Below, in pieces: positions 34,301-45,973 of a DNA stretch of 64,000 nt; within the stretch, counting starts at the first letter, position 1, and every line of letters begins with the position of its first letter. The notes under the pieces are model-generated. The model was not told the origin of the DNA, searched no databases, and saw only the letters and a program-made list of their open reading frames with translations. This DNA is from Takakia lepidozioides. Taxonomy: Eukaryota; Plantae; Bryophyta. A program made the translations under genes and the position numbers. Where the stretch lies: NCBI GenBank assembly GCA_030704615.1, contig CM060733.1, forward strand, positions 62,496,001 through 62,560,000, read 5' to 3'.

Positions 34301-37300
34301 TCCAGTCCGAGGCCCTATTGCCGTTCAAGGACTTGGCCATTTTCGGGCTAAGTCCCTAGACTGGCTGGCCCGGAACTGGAAATTCGGCGCCAGTTTCCAG
34401 TTCCAGGCCCTATTGCCGTTCAAGGACTTGGCCATTTTCGGGCTAAGTCCCTAGACTGGCTGGCCCTGAACTGGAAATTCGGCGCCATTTTCCAGTTCCA
34501 GGCCCTATTGCCGTTCAGGGACTTCGCCATTTTCGGGCTAAGTCCCTAGACTGGCTGGCCCTGAAGTGAAAATTTGGCGCCATTTTCCAGTTCTAGGCCC
34601 TATTGCTGTTCAGGGACTTAGCCATTTTCGGGCTAAGTCCCTAGACTGGCGGGCCCCGAACTGGAAATTCGGCGCCATTTTCCAGTTCTAGGCCCTATTG
34701 CCGTTCAGGGACTTAGCCATTTTCGGGCTAAGTCCCTAGGGTGGCGGGCCCGGAACTGGAAATTCGGCGCCATTTTCCAGTTCTAGGCCCTATTGCCGTT
34801 CAGGGACTTAGCCATTTTCGGGCTAAGTCCCTAGGGTGGCTGGCCCGGAACTGGAAATTCGGCGCCATTTTCCAGTTCTAGGCCCTATTGCCGTTCAGGG
34901 ACTTAGCCATTTTTGGGCTAAGTCCCTAGGGTGGCTGGCCCTGAACTGGAAATTCGGCGCCATTTTCCAGTTCTAGGCCCTATTGCCGTTCAGGGACTTA
35001 GCCATTTTCGGGCTAAGTCCCTAGGGTGGCTGGCCCTGAACTGGAAATTCGGCGCCATTTTTCCAGTTCTAGGCCCTATTGCGGTTCTGGGACTTAGCCA
35101 TCTTCGGGCCAAACCGGGAAAAATGGCGCCGAATTTCCAGTTCAGGGCTCCCAAGATGGCTAAGTCCCTAGGGTGGCAGTCACCGAAAACCGAAATTCGG
35201 CGCCATTTTTCCATTTCTAGGCCCACTCACATCTGCCCCAACCTGGGAAAATGGTGCCGAATATGCATTTCAGGGACCTCATTGTGTTTTTCATGAATGC
35301 AGGTACTGCAAGTTCTCCCTTTTGGAGAAAGGTCATCTGTCTTTCGAGCCACCATTCTTCCTGGCATGGAGGAACCCTGGGGCTGACTCCATGTACACTG
35401 ACGATATTGTGAAGGAGTGGCATCTGGAACATTTGCGTGATTGCCCTTGGTATGTGGACCTTCCGCTCGGCTCGCTCGACCCATCCGAGTTTCAATTGAA
35501 GCTGGATGCTGAATTCCGACGAAACCGGGCTCCCCTGCCTCCGTTGGGTGCAAAAAAAAACGCTTGCGAACTCCAGGAAAGCGGCAGAGCTTGCTCAGGC
35601 AGGAATTCAGGAGAAATTGCATGAGAAGAGTAAAGGCCAAAGGAAAAGGACAAGGAAACAGGTGAGTGCAGTAACACCCAAAAAGAAGAAAACCATCGGG
35701 GCATCGGAGGAGGCGCAGGAGGGGACCCAAGAGAGTGACTCGGACGACGACTTTGTTCAAGGTCCTGCGACAGCTGTTGCTCCTACCCAGTCACCGGTCG
35801 TCCGGGTTCCCAAGTCAGTTCGGAGTGGGACTGGCTCTGCCAAGAAGTTGGCATTTGAGGGCGAGCCTACACGGCGGTATTCGGCGGTGACGTTTACGCA
35901 CAGGCCAAAGCTAGAACCTCCAACCATCATCCAATGCGTCAATGAGAGCTTCTTTGACGCTCTTGCTGCTAGGGCGAAGAAGGTGGCACACATCAAGTCT
36001 CTGGCGGAGCAGAAGGGGAAAGCCAAGAAGAGGGCTGCCGGTACAGAACCTAAAGACACCCCTGGTTTTGAAGCCATGATGGAATTCTTCACGGCTGTGA
36101 GCACGAATTGCAAGAGCACTCGGGGGGGGGGGGGGGGGGTGAGGTGGAGAGAGCTTGCGACATGATTCTCCTCGACATTCCAGATGGGGAGCTGCTGGAG
36201 GGCCTGGATGGTGTGCCCACCTGGAACAGGTTTACTGAGGACTACTGGAAAGCCGGGTTTGGCCTGGCGGGGATGCTTCTGGATGACGGTGGATGTGTGG
36301 TTGTCCTTGCCACGAAAGGGAAGACCACAGAGAATGCGGTGGTAAGGTGGACACCGAAAAGTGTCACCCCGGTCCTCCTCAGAAAATGGTTCTGCATCAG
36401 TACACAGGGGTTGCGAACAGAGGGCCAAAGTGTAAGTTATCAATCTATTGCATTCACTTCATATTGTGGTGTATGTTAAGTAGACCCTGGAGTTGATCCC
36501 TTCTTTGTTGGATGTGCAGACATTGGTGTTTGAGGCATATTGCTTTGTGAAGAGAGGGTCTACGTTCAAATTCCGCAACGACGGTCGTCTTGTTGATGCC
36601 GCTGTGGACCCTGTAACCTACGATGTCCTCTACAACTATGTGCCCCACTCCAGTATGCCGAAGGACACAAAGACAGGCAAACCGTGGCGGTACAGCCGGA
36701 CCCGGAGCCCTGCTTTCATCCAAACCCTCATGGAGACGTGCTCGGATGTCCAAGGGCGGATTCTGGACCTCACATGCGGCACGGGTAAGCCTTCACGTGC
36801 TCAGTTTGTCCCCTGGCCCGATTGCAATTGCATGCCGCAAGCTATTAACCGCCCGCTTTGTTCCTCAGGTGCTTCAATGTGGGCAGGGACGTTGTCCGAC
36901 AGGCATGTGTTCGCCTTCGAGCCAGATACTGCCCTCCACAACTCGGAACTTGCAGCGGCTGAACGTCTGCCGAAAGAGGAAGAGGCATCCTCGGAGGATG
37001 AGGAAGAATCCGACAAGGAGCAGGGGGAGGTACAAGTTGGGATCGAGGCCGAGGAGCCCCCGGTTTACGAGTGAGTGGTTGCATTGTAAGTTGCCTCCTG
37101 ATTTCGTGAGGCACCTCCCTTCGCTCTCTTATTTCATTGAAAGACCCTTTTTTGCTTCAACTGGTATTGACATTCTTGAAGTGGATTTGTTCTTACTGTA
37201 GGATGCCAAGTACTGCCGGAGGGACGTCTAGACCGGAGTTCATGGGCAGGAGGAACGTGCCTTTTTTTGCCAGGGGGGATTTCATGCCTAGTCCAGAAAG

Positions 37301-37661
37301 GGAGTACATCCTTCCTACTTATGCTGCCCGGCTTGCTTCGGTGTCCATTAGGAGGTGTTCCGAACCTAGTCGTGTACAGCAGATTTTAGACGAGGCAAGC
37401 CTCAAGAAAATGAAGATGAGGGAGGAGGCAACAGCTATTAGAGCCCGTCGGGCTCGTAGATTTGTCTTGGATTGTGCTGAGGAAAGTGGGGGAGAAGACG
37501 CAGAAGATTCCCAGGAGGTGAGGTGGACAGTCCCCCAAGGAGAGGACGGGATTTTTGAGAGGCATAGTGGAACTGATGCATCACAGAGCTCGGAGGATGA
37601 GGGGGATGAGGGGGATGAGGAAGAAGGTGGGGCAAGTTCCTCGGAGGGTGTAGGAGAGTAG
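31370..37661 (+). CDS. Spliced ParB/Srx-like plus beta-class N6A/N4C DNA-methyltransferase-fold protein (~9 exons, ~1,400 aa); homopolymer frameshifts
   Basis: Exons approx. 31370-32787, ~32907-33095, 33243-33527, 33613-33738, 33834-34048, 35303-36431, 36520-36784, 36869-37070, 37202-37661. GT-AG introns are phase-consistent except intron 1. Motifs: ParB YVWDGNHRLLAW; MTase CDMILLDIPDG..LLDDGGCVVV..FIQTLMETCSDVQGRILDLTCGTG|ASMWAGTLSDRHVFAFEPD. Confidence 0.8.
34118..35215. repeat. Intronic tandem array: 10 x 95-bp units, each with two hairpins
   Basis: CTGGAAATTCGGCGCC (one variant copy) starts at 34186, 34281 ... 35041, exact 95-bp period; stems GAACTGGAAA/TTTCCAGTTC and AGGGACTTAGCC/GGCTAAGTCCCT. 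Confidence 0.95.
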
Positions 37662-37882
37662 TGCCCATTCCGGCTATGACAGTTAGAACACACTTGTATA
37701 GACGTGGCTTGCCACAAAATTTGCAATAAAATGTTGCATTTCAAGTCCACTAGTGCCACATTCCAACTTCACATGACCCTATTTCCGTGCCTCCTAACCC
37801 TATTTCCGTGGACTCACAATGGTCTGCTCATGCTTTTTTTTTTTCCGCTCATGCTCATGCCGCTCATGAAATAGCAGCCCCC

Positions 37883-38835
37883 CTGCATATCCCTCGTTGT
37901 GGCTTCCTCCACACGCCGTTTACCTTGGTAAGTTTCCACCCATCCGACTGTCCATCACCTTATTCTCCTTCCATTTGAACTACCCACTTCAGCCCTGCTC
38001 TTGATGGATCGTGTCTCTCCTCATCAGCCCATTCCCAACATTGTGGTTTCACTGTTTCCCTTCGCATTTGTTGCTCTTGGTGCTTGTTGTCTGATCGAGG
38101 CAGCTCTCCCTTTTGCAGTTCAAGTTTCTCTTCCATCTCCCCACTCTGTTTACAATTCCAGTTCTCCGTTGATACCTTGGTGGTTGTATGCTCACATGGG
38201 TTTTCCCCTGTCTTGTTGTCATCATGATTGTCTGTCCTGGCTTTGTCTGTAACCTCACTAAGCTGCATATCTACTGTGTGTAGATTCAATCCTTTCTCAG
38301 TGTCTTTATTGAGCCTGAAAAAAATTGGGCACTCTGACTTCTTCCTTCAATTCTCTCACCCTCAGTCCCTCTAATTGCTGCCATCCTTTCTCTCTCCTGA
38401 TTTCTCTCCCTTGTTGTCACTCTTGTTAGTTTCTGACCTTTCTTAGTTCCTTTTGTAGGCGCCATCTGTTGTCCACTCCTTTCAATGCATAGGCTGAACA
38501 TCTCTCTTGGCTTCATGGTGATCACATCAGCTAAGTCATCCAACTCTACATCTCTCCCTTCATGCCCATGCTGACCTGTTGCATATGCATCCTTATCAAT
38601 ACTGATTGTCTCTCCACTACTTGTTCCCTCTTCCCATAGTTGCCTTTCAGTGTCTGATTGTTGTCTGCCTTGTTGTACTGCAGGAATCATTTGTTGTCAA
38701 TCCTTTCCTCCATTTAATCGCACCCTCAATTTGTTGTTTCTGAATTGTTCTTGTCCATGCACTCTGGCTTGCTCATTTTCAATGCCGCCTTTGACCATCA
38801 ACCGTGCTAGGTCATGCGTCCCCGTTCTGTTGTAA
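37883..38835 (-). mobile_element. Degenerate retroelement (gag-like) remnant
   Basis: E/K/Q-rich minus-strand frames typical of gag leader regions; no diagnostic motif. Confidence 0.3.
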
Positions 38836-40293
38836 CACTACAACAGATTGCGGCTTTTATGACTCCCATGGCTGCGCAGTCATGACAAATTTGTGGCAGA
38901 AATGCCATTTGCAGTCGTAAATGCCTTTTGAAGTCATAACGCAAGTCTAGGGAGGGCGTATATGCGATTGCATGACTCCGCAGTCTGCGCAACACAGGTC
39001 AAACATGTTTGACCACGAATATTGGCATGGCAGATATGACTACCAGTCACGGTCATGCTTACACTGGAATGACGTGTGCAAATTGCTAGACGGACATATG
39101 ACTTCATGACTCTCACTCTAATGCATTCTGCCAGATCATCACATGGATGAAACACTACATGACTGCACGTGTCGACACATGCTTTTATGGTTATATATAT
39201 AATATATCAGTGTTTATATTTTGAAAAAATGTCGGAGACTCTAACCACTAGAATGAATTTTTTAAAAAAAAAATCAAAGTCCAAAAGATTTGAAAAAAGC
39301 ACATCGGCTGGTAGGTGCACAGTGTGTCGCCCCGGTGGTTCAGGGTTCAAACCCGCTGCCCTACCCCGTGTGTGGGATTGTTCGTGACGATATGTTTGGG
39401 CGTTGATCGTCCTGTAGGTCTCATGGCCCAAATGAAAGGGGGTTAAATTTCCCCCCTCCTCAAGGGCCTGAGGCTTCCTTTCAGAAAAAAAAAAAATTCA
39501 AAAAGTTGCTTATATGGTTTGCAAAAAGGTCTATCTCCCTTCCTCCCGCTCACTCTAATTCTATTCACGGCTACCGTGATGGGCAACTTTTTAATTTTTT
39601 TTAGTGCACTCATCTTCCTCGTCGGAAATGTCGAATACGTCCACACGAGAAGCTATGGAGGGTCTTGACGGTCCAGGAGAGGGCTGGGACTTAGAGCGAA
39701 CGAGCGGGAGGGAAGGCAAATATGCATGGGAGGCCGCAGTTGGAGCAACCTTCGCATCTGAAGCAAGCAACCCTAGAAACGCTAGGGTATGTGTGCGAGG
39801 AGGTTTTGGATGGGAGCTCGCCGTTCTTGGGAGAGTCAGCTTGGTCTTAGCAGGCCGTGTTTCAATCTCTACCCGCTCAGCTGCACCGCGGTGGTTCTCA
39901 CAGACCAATCCGACATTACCTGACTACAGAAACAAGCAGCACACTGAAGAGGTCCTCTTGAGTTCATGGTCAGTCAAATCCTCCATGGGTCATGACACAA
40001 GGTCGAGGACAATGTGGTGAGGGCACCTTCTTCTTTGACCTATTTCAGCCTGTTTTTCCCTCTCATCAGACTCGGCCCTTCATTTGCAGCACGGAGCAGA
40101 GCTCGCATGAGATTTTTAAAGATCCTTCACGATGGTGTGACAACTGCAATCGCAAGGTGTGGCTTTTCCTTAATAAATGACGTGAAGAAGTTTCTCCGTC
40201 CTGCAAATGTGGGCTGTTGGCTCTTGTTAGTACCATGATTTGGCATTCTTCCTGATGTTTCAAGGTTCTTGGGAGAGTCAGCTTGGTCTTAGC
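38836..40293 (+). mobile_element. CACTA (En/Spm) element left end; host of the family-B MULE insertion
   Basis: Begins CACTACAACAGATTGCGG; colinear with 55121-56250; its sequence resumes (inverted) at 51016-50804. Confidence 0.75.
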
Positions 40294-40504
40294 GGGGGCT
40301 GCTATTTCATGAGCGACATGAGCATGAGCGGAAAAAAAAAAAAGCATGAGCGGGCCATTATGTGTCCACGGAAATAGGGTTAGGAGGCACGGAAATAGGG
40401 TCATGTGGACTCGTCATAGCAATGAAATGCAACATTTTATTGCAAATTTTGTGGCAAGCCACGTCTATACAAGTGTGTCCTAACTGACATAGCAGGAATG
40501 GGAA

Positions 40505-43500
40505 CTACTCTCCTACACCTTCCGAGGAACTTGGCCCTCCTTCTTCCTCATCCCCCTCATCCCCCCCATCCTCCGAGCTCTGTGATGCATCGGTTGCACT
40601 ATGCCTCTCAAAAATTCCGTCCTCTCCTTGGGGGACTGTCCACCTCACCTCCTGGGAATCTTCTGCCTCTTCTCCCCCACTTTCCTCAGCACAATCCAAG
40701 ACAAATCTACGAGCCCGACGGGCTCTAATATCTGCTGCCTCCTCCCTCATCTTCATTTTCTTGAGGCTTGCCTCGTCTAAAATCTGTTGTACACGACTAG
40801 GTTCGGAAGACCTCCTAATGGACACCGAAGCAAGCCGGGCAGCATAAGTAGGAAGGATGTAGTCCCTTTCTGGACTAGGCATGAAATCCCCCCTGGCAAA
40901 AAAATGCACGTTCCTCCTGCCCATGAACTCCGGTGTAGACGTCCTTCCTGCAATACTTGGCATCCTATAGTAAGAACAAATCCACTTCAAGAATGTCAAT
41001 ACCAGCAGAAGCAGAAAGGGTTTTCAATGAAATAAGAGAGCGAAGGGAGGTGCCTCACGAAATCTGGAGGCAACTTACAATGCGACCACTCACTCGTAAA
41101 CCGGGGGCTCCTCGGCCTCGATCCCAACTTGTTCCTCCCCTTGCTCCTTCTCGGATTTTTCCTCATCCTCCGAGGGTGCCTCTTCCTCTTTGGGCAGACG
41201 TTCAGCCGCTGCAAGTTCCGAGTTGTGGAGGGCAGTATTTGGCTCGAAGGCGAACACATGCCTGTCGGACAACGTCCCTGCCCACATTGAAGCACCTGAG
41301 GAACAAAGCGGGCGGTTAATAGCTTGCGGCATGCAATTGCAATCGGGCCAGGGGACAAACTGAGCACGTGAAGGCTTACCCGTGCCACATGTGAGGTCAA
41401 GAATCCGCCCTTGGACATCCGAGCACGTCTCCATGAGGGTTTGGATGAAAGCAGGGCACCGGGTCCGGCTGTACCGCCACGGTTTGCCTATCTTTGTGTC
41501 CTTCGGCATACTGGAGTGGGGCACATAGTTGTAGAGGACATCGTAGGTAACAGGGTCCACAGCGGCATCAACAAGACGATTATTGTTGCGGAATTTGAAC
41601 GTAGACCCTCTCTTCACAAAGCAATATGCCTCAAACACCAATGTCTGCACATCCAACAAAAGAGGGATCAACTCCGGGATCTAGTTTAGATACACCACAA
41701 TATGAGGTGAATGCAATAGATTGATAACTTACACTTTGGCCCTCTGTTCGCAACCCCTGTGTATTGATGCAGAACCATTTTCTGAGGAGGACCGGGGTGA
41801 CACTTTTTGGTGTCCATCTTGCCACCGCATTCTTTGTGGTCTTCCCTTGTGGCAAGGACAACCACACATCCACCGTCATCCAGGAGCATCCCCGCCAGCC
41901 CAAACCCAGCTTTCCAGTAGTCCTCAGTAAACCTGTTCCAGTTGGGCACACCATCTAGGCCCTCCAGCAGCTCCCCATCTGGAATGTCGAGGAGAATCAT
42001 ATCGCAAGCTCTCTCCACCTCAACCCCCCCCCCGAGTGCTCTTGCAATCCGTGCTCACAACTGTGAAGAATTCCATCATGGCTTCAAAACCAGGGGTGTC
42101 TTTAGGCTCTGTACCGGCAGCCCTCTTCTTGGCTTTCCCCTTCTGCTTAGCCAAAGACTTGCTATGTGCCACCTTCTTTGCCCTAGCAGCGAGAGCGTCA
42201 AGGAAGCTCTCATTGACGCATTGGATGATGGTTGAAGGTTCTAGCTTTGGCCTGTGCGTAAACGTCACCGCCGAATACCGCCGTGTAGGCTCGCCCTCAA
42301 ATGCCAACTTCTTGGCAGAGCCAGTCCCACTCCGAACTGACTTGGGAACCCGGACGACCGGTGACTTGGTAGCAGCAGTAGCAGTCGCAAGACCTTGAAC
42401 AAAGTCGTCGTCCGAGTCACTCCCTTGGGTCCCCTCCTGTGCCTCCTCCGATGCCCCGATGGTTTTCTATTTTTTGGGTGTTACTGTACTCACCTGTTTC
42501 CTTGTCCTTTTCCTTTGGCCTTTATTCTTCTCATTCAATTTCTCTTGAATTCCTGCCTGAGCAAGCTCTGCCGCTTTCCTGGAGTTGGCAAGCGCTTTTG
42601 CCTCTTTTGGACCCAGCGGAGGCAGCGGAGCACGGTTTCGTCGGGCCTCAGCATCCAGCTTCAATTGAAACTCGGATGGGTCGAGCGAGCCGGGCGGAAG
42701 GTCCACATACCAAGGGCAATCACGCAAATGTTCCAGATGCCACTTCTTCACAATAACGTCAGTGTACATGGAGTCAGCCCCAGGGTTCCTCCATGCCAGG
42801 AAGAATGGTGGCTCGAAAGACAGATGATCTTTCTCCAAAAGGGAGAACTTGCAGTACCTGCATTCATGAAAAACACAGAATGAGGTCCCTGAACTGGAAA
42901 TTCGGCACCCTTTTCCCAGGTTGGGGCGGAACTGACTGGGCCTAGAACTGAAAAAATAGCGCCGAATTTTGGTTTTCGGTGCTAGCCACGCTAGGGACAG
43001 CCATTTTGGGAGCCCTGAACTGGAAATTCGGTGCCATTTTTCCAGGTCCGGGCCGAAAATGGCTAAGTCCCTGAACTGACTGGCCCTGGAATTGGAAAAA
43101 TGGCGCCGAATTTCGGTTTTCGGTGCCAGCCACCCTAGGGACTTAGCCATTTTGGGAGCCCTGAACTGGAAATTCGGTGCCATTTTCCCAGGTCCGGCCC
43201 GAAAATGGCTAAGTCCCAGAACTGACTGGGCCTTCAAATGGAAAAATGGCGCCGAATTTCGGTTTTCGGTGCCTGCCACCCTAGGGACTTGGCCATTTTG
43301 CGTGCCCTGGACTGGAAATTCGGCGCCATTTTTCCAAGGACCAATTTTTATGCGCCACATGAGGCCTCTAACATCCTGAGATGCAAGGACTTGAAAGGAA
43401 GGCATCGCGTATGTACCTGTACAGAAGGCGCATTGCTGCTTTGTCCGCGTTCGGCTGGTCGGTGAACTCGTGGCTCGGGCGGGCATGGGGTATCTCCCGA

Positions 43501-45973
43501 AAGAATAGGTCGGTTTTGTACAGCAGAAAGTACCTCGTCACATAGTCGCGTAGGCTCTCTGCTGCAGAAAAAATCTCCATCTTGAACTGATGTGCTTGTG
43601 TGTCCAGCTGCTCTTGCGCATTCGTCGTCACCTGTGGAGATTCTCCATCAGATCGCTTTCCTAAAAAAATACAATAAATCCACCCCCTACAAGAGTAGAA
43701 GCGCCAAACGAAGCGTGGGGAAGTACCTGAAACCACCATGTCATGCGGTTCATCCACAAGTCGAATGTCGGGTCAGACAGTTTGTCCAGTTTGGGGAAGC
43801 TCCACATGTCCCTTGTACTTTGGGAACCATTCTAGATTTGGAGCCACCGGGTCTGTCCAACCACCCAGCATATTCGTAAGCGCCAAACACCACAAAAACG
43901 AGTTGTTGCCACCACAATTTGGTTAAGAATGTATCACCTTTTCTGTTGCATCCACACAGGATGTGGCTAGACGATGGAGCTTCTCCAATGTCATCGTGGG
44001 CTTCAGAGCGCGGGAGTAGTGGTTCCCCACCTCCACCAGAAAGTCGGCACCAAGGGCGGGATCAGCTATGGCCACGTACTTTACCATCCGCGACTTGTAC
44101 TTTATGCGAGCCCTGGCCTCCACAGCTTTGAGATACGATTCGAGTGTCGGGAGGGTTAGATTCTTCTCCTCTAACTCCATGTAGAACCTCCGCGCATGTG
44201 CCAAATCCTGCTGAATTTTCGTCTGTCAAGAATGCGCACATAAGATTAGAGATCCTGCTCAACACTTTTTCTTCTATTGGGGGAGGAGAGACAGATTAGC
44301 TCAACAAAACAGTCAGGAGCTTTACCCGAAATATGTAGTCCACCATGGCGTCCATGCTCAGCCTATACCAGGTTCTGTCTGCCTTTGCCTCCGACTTGCG
44401 CAGGAGGTCGGCACTGAGGGAATTGGCAAACTCTTGCACCCCCTGCTTCCCGACATCCTTCACTCGGAAGAGCATATGGGACAAGTTGGTGGCAATGAAG
44501 GCATTCTCAGTCTTACAAATTTTGGGTCCAAAAGCAAGAGGCGTTGTAACTTACGAGTTGATGTCCGTCATTGCAGCTTTGAGAAGACTGCGATCTTTGG
44601 GCCCTGCAACCTTCAGCACAACACACTCCACAACGAAATGCCAATCGAGGTCGTTGGGGTGGGCTTCGGCTATGTGCTCCATCCATGCCAGGAGGCGATG
44701 ATTGTCGTCCCACACGTAAAACATCTTTTCCGGACAAGTGCTGGAAAAGAGGATCAGTAGCAATCGATCTCTCGAACTCCTCATTTTGCCTTTGCCAATG
44801 GGGACCCCATTTGTCCACCTCATCGGAAGTGTGGGCACGGGAAGCTCAGTGGTCATTCTCAATGGAAATGTAAAACGCGGCAGACCCCATTCGATATCCA
44901 TCCCGGAAAGAGAATTTCAGCTTGTCGATATCGCCTGGGAGGGCAGGTCTCACCACCTGCAAAGACACCAAGCGGCAAAGGGGAATTTGAAGCTTGGCCG
45001 GGTACACCATGCCCCCCAGCACCCTGCCAATGTTGCTGTGGGTTGCCTCCAACATCTTGGTAGCGGCCAACTTCATATCCGCCTCCGACATGACGTCTGC
45101 TGCAGAGGGGTTCTCTGGCAGCCCACCAGGACCGCCAAATCCAGCCTGTATGCTGCGGGTTTGGGGCCTGGGGATGTCCGGGAGGATGTCATCCTGGTCA
45201 GAAAGCTCGGTGTCGTCCTCCTCAACATGGTCAACCACCGGCGAAACCACCTTGAGCACTCTCCCCGTCTCTACTGCCATCTCCCCGGCTTCACCTCGAA
45301 CTTGCACAATCCGTGCTCTTTGTGGTGTTCTTTCCTCTCCTCCACTCTCCACCACATGGGTAATTGCGGGGGCTGCTCTTGTCCGCGATGGTGTAACCGG
45401 TGTGTTACTGCCTCTTTGTGGTGTCTTGGAGGGATCCACCGTCTCTGTGCGTCCCTCGCTTACATGGGCATCTGTCATTTCGGCACCCCTGGCCTCTTCA
45501 GTGGCCTTTTCTCTTTCCTCCTGGCTAGCCTTCTGTCTCGCCTGTTCTTTTGCCCTCTCTTTTGCCCTCTCACGGGCTTTCTGTTTCTTACTAGGGCTAG
45601 CAGCAGGGGAGCCCTCCAGGACGACCACCTTTGATTGAGGAGAACTGACACCCTCGCGCGCACTGCTCACTCCCCCCTCCGCAACCCATGACGGCTCTCT
45701 CGCCGGGGATTGCATGTGTTTGGCTTTCTTCTTCTTCTTTGCGTGGGCGGGCCCTACTGCATGTGCATCAACAACCTCCATTGCCGGATCTGCTGTCCTC
45801 ACGTCCTCACGCCCTTCACCTGCCATGCCGCCTGCACCAACCTCCCCAATGCCTATTCTGTCGTACTCTCGCTGCAGGTCCTCCTGTCCACCAACAAAAG
45901 ATTTTAGTTTGCCCTCCCGCCCCAAGTTGGGCGATCCAAACATGCGATGAGTTGGAGCTGTCGATGATACCAC
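40505..45973 (-). pseudogene. ParB/Srx-like plus N6A/N4C MTase-fold cargo gene, copy 2 (disrupted)
   Basis: Same exons as copy 1; stop at ~44846 and frameshifts; ParB motif reads WDDNHR; LDIPDG and ILDLTCGTG retained. Confidence 0.8.
42885..43340. repeat. Intronic palindrome array in copy 2 (146-bp period)
   Basis: CTGGAAATTCGG(C/T)GCC at 43020, 43166, 43312 with inverted TGGCGCCGAATTTC copies between them. Confidence 0.85.

Larger units (their letters stand above)
31300..37882 (+). mobile_element. Left (cargo) arm of a family-B MULE, copy 1, ending in a TIR
   Basis: Closely similar reverse complement of 40294-46040; ends CCGCTCATGCTCATGCCGCTCATGAAATAGCAGCCCCC at 37882; the other side is truncated against the Gypsy leader. 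Confidence 0.85.

Noticed and set aside
34118-35215. CRISPR-like array of palindromic repeats
   Set aside because: Whole 95-bp units are near-identical with no unique spacers, there are no cas genes, and the array lies inside a spliceosomal intron.
31370-37661. Bacterial or phage contamination as the source of the ParB-MTase gene
   Set aside because: The gene has GT-AG introns, occurs in several copies, lies within TIR/TSD and is nested among plant TEs.
17276-37882. Right arm at 19323 and left arms at 37882 or 59384 being halves of one insertion
   Set aside because: The 8-bp flanks (CTAGGAAC, CTGCATAT, GCAAAGTA) do not match as TSDs in either orientation.
42467-43486. 339-aa ORF with internal peptide repeats, and many other antisense or overlapping ORFs
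   Set aside because: It reads through the intronic array; the equivalent region is not open in copy 1. The others are shadows of GC-rich coding sequence.
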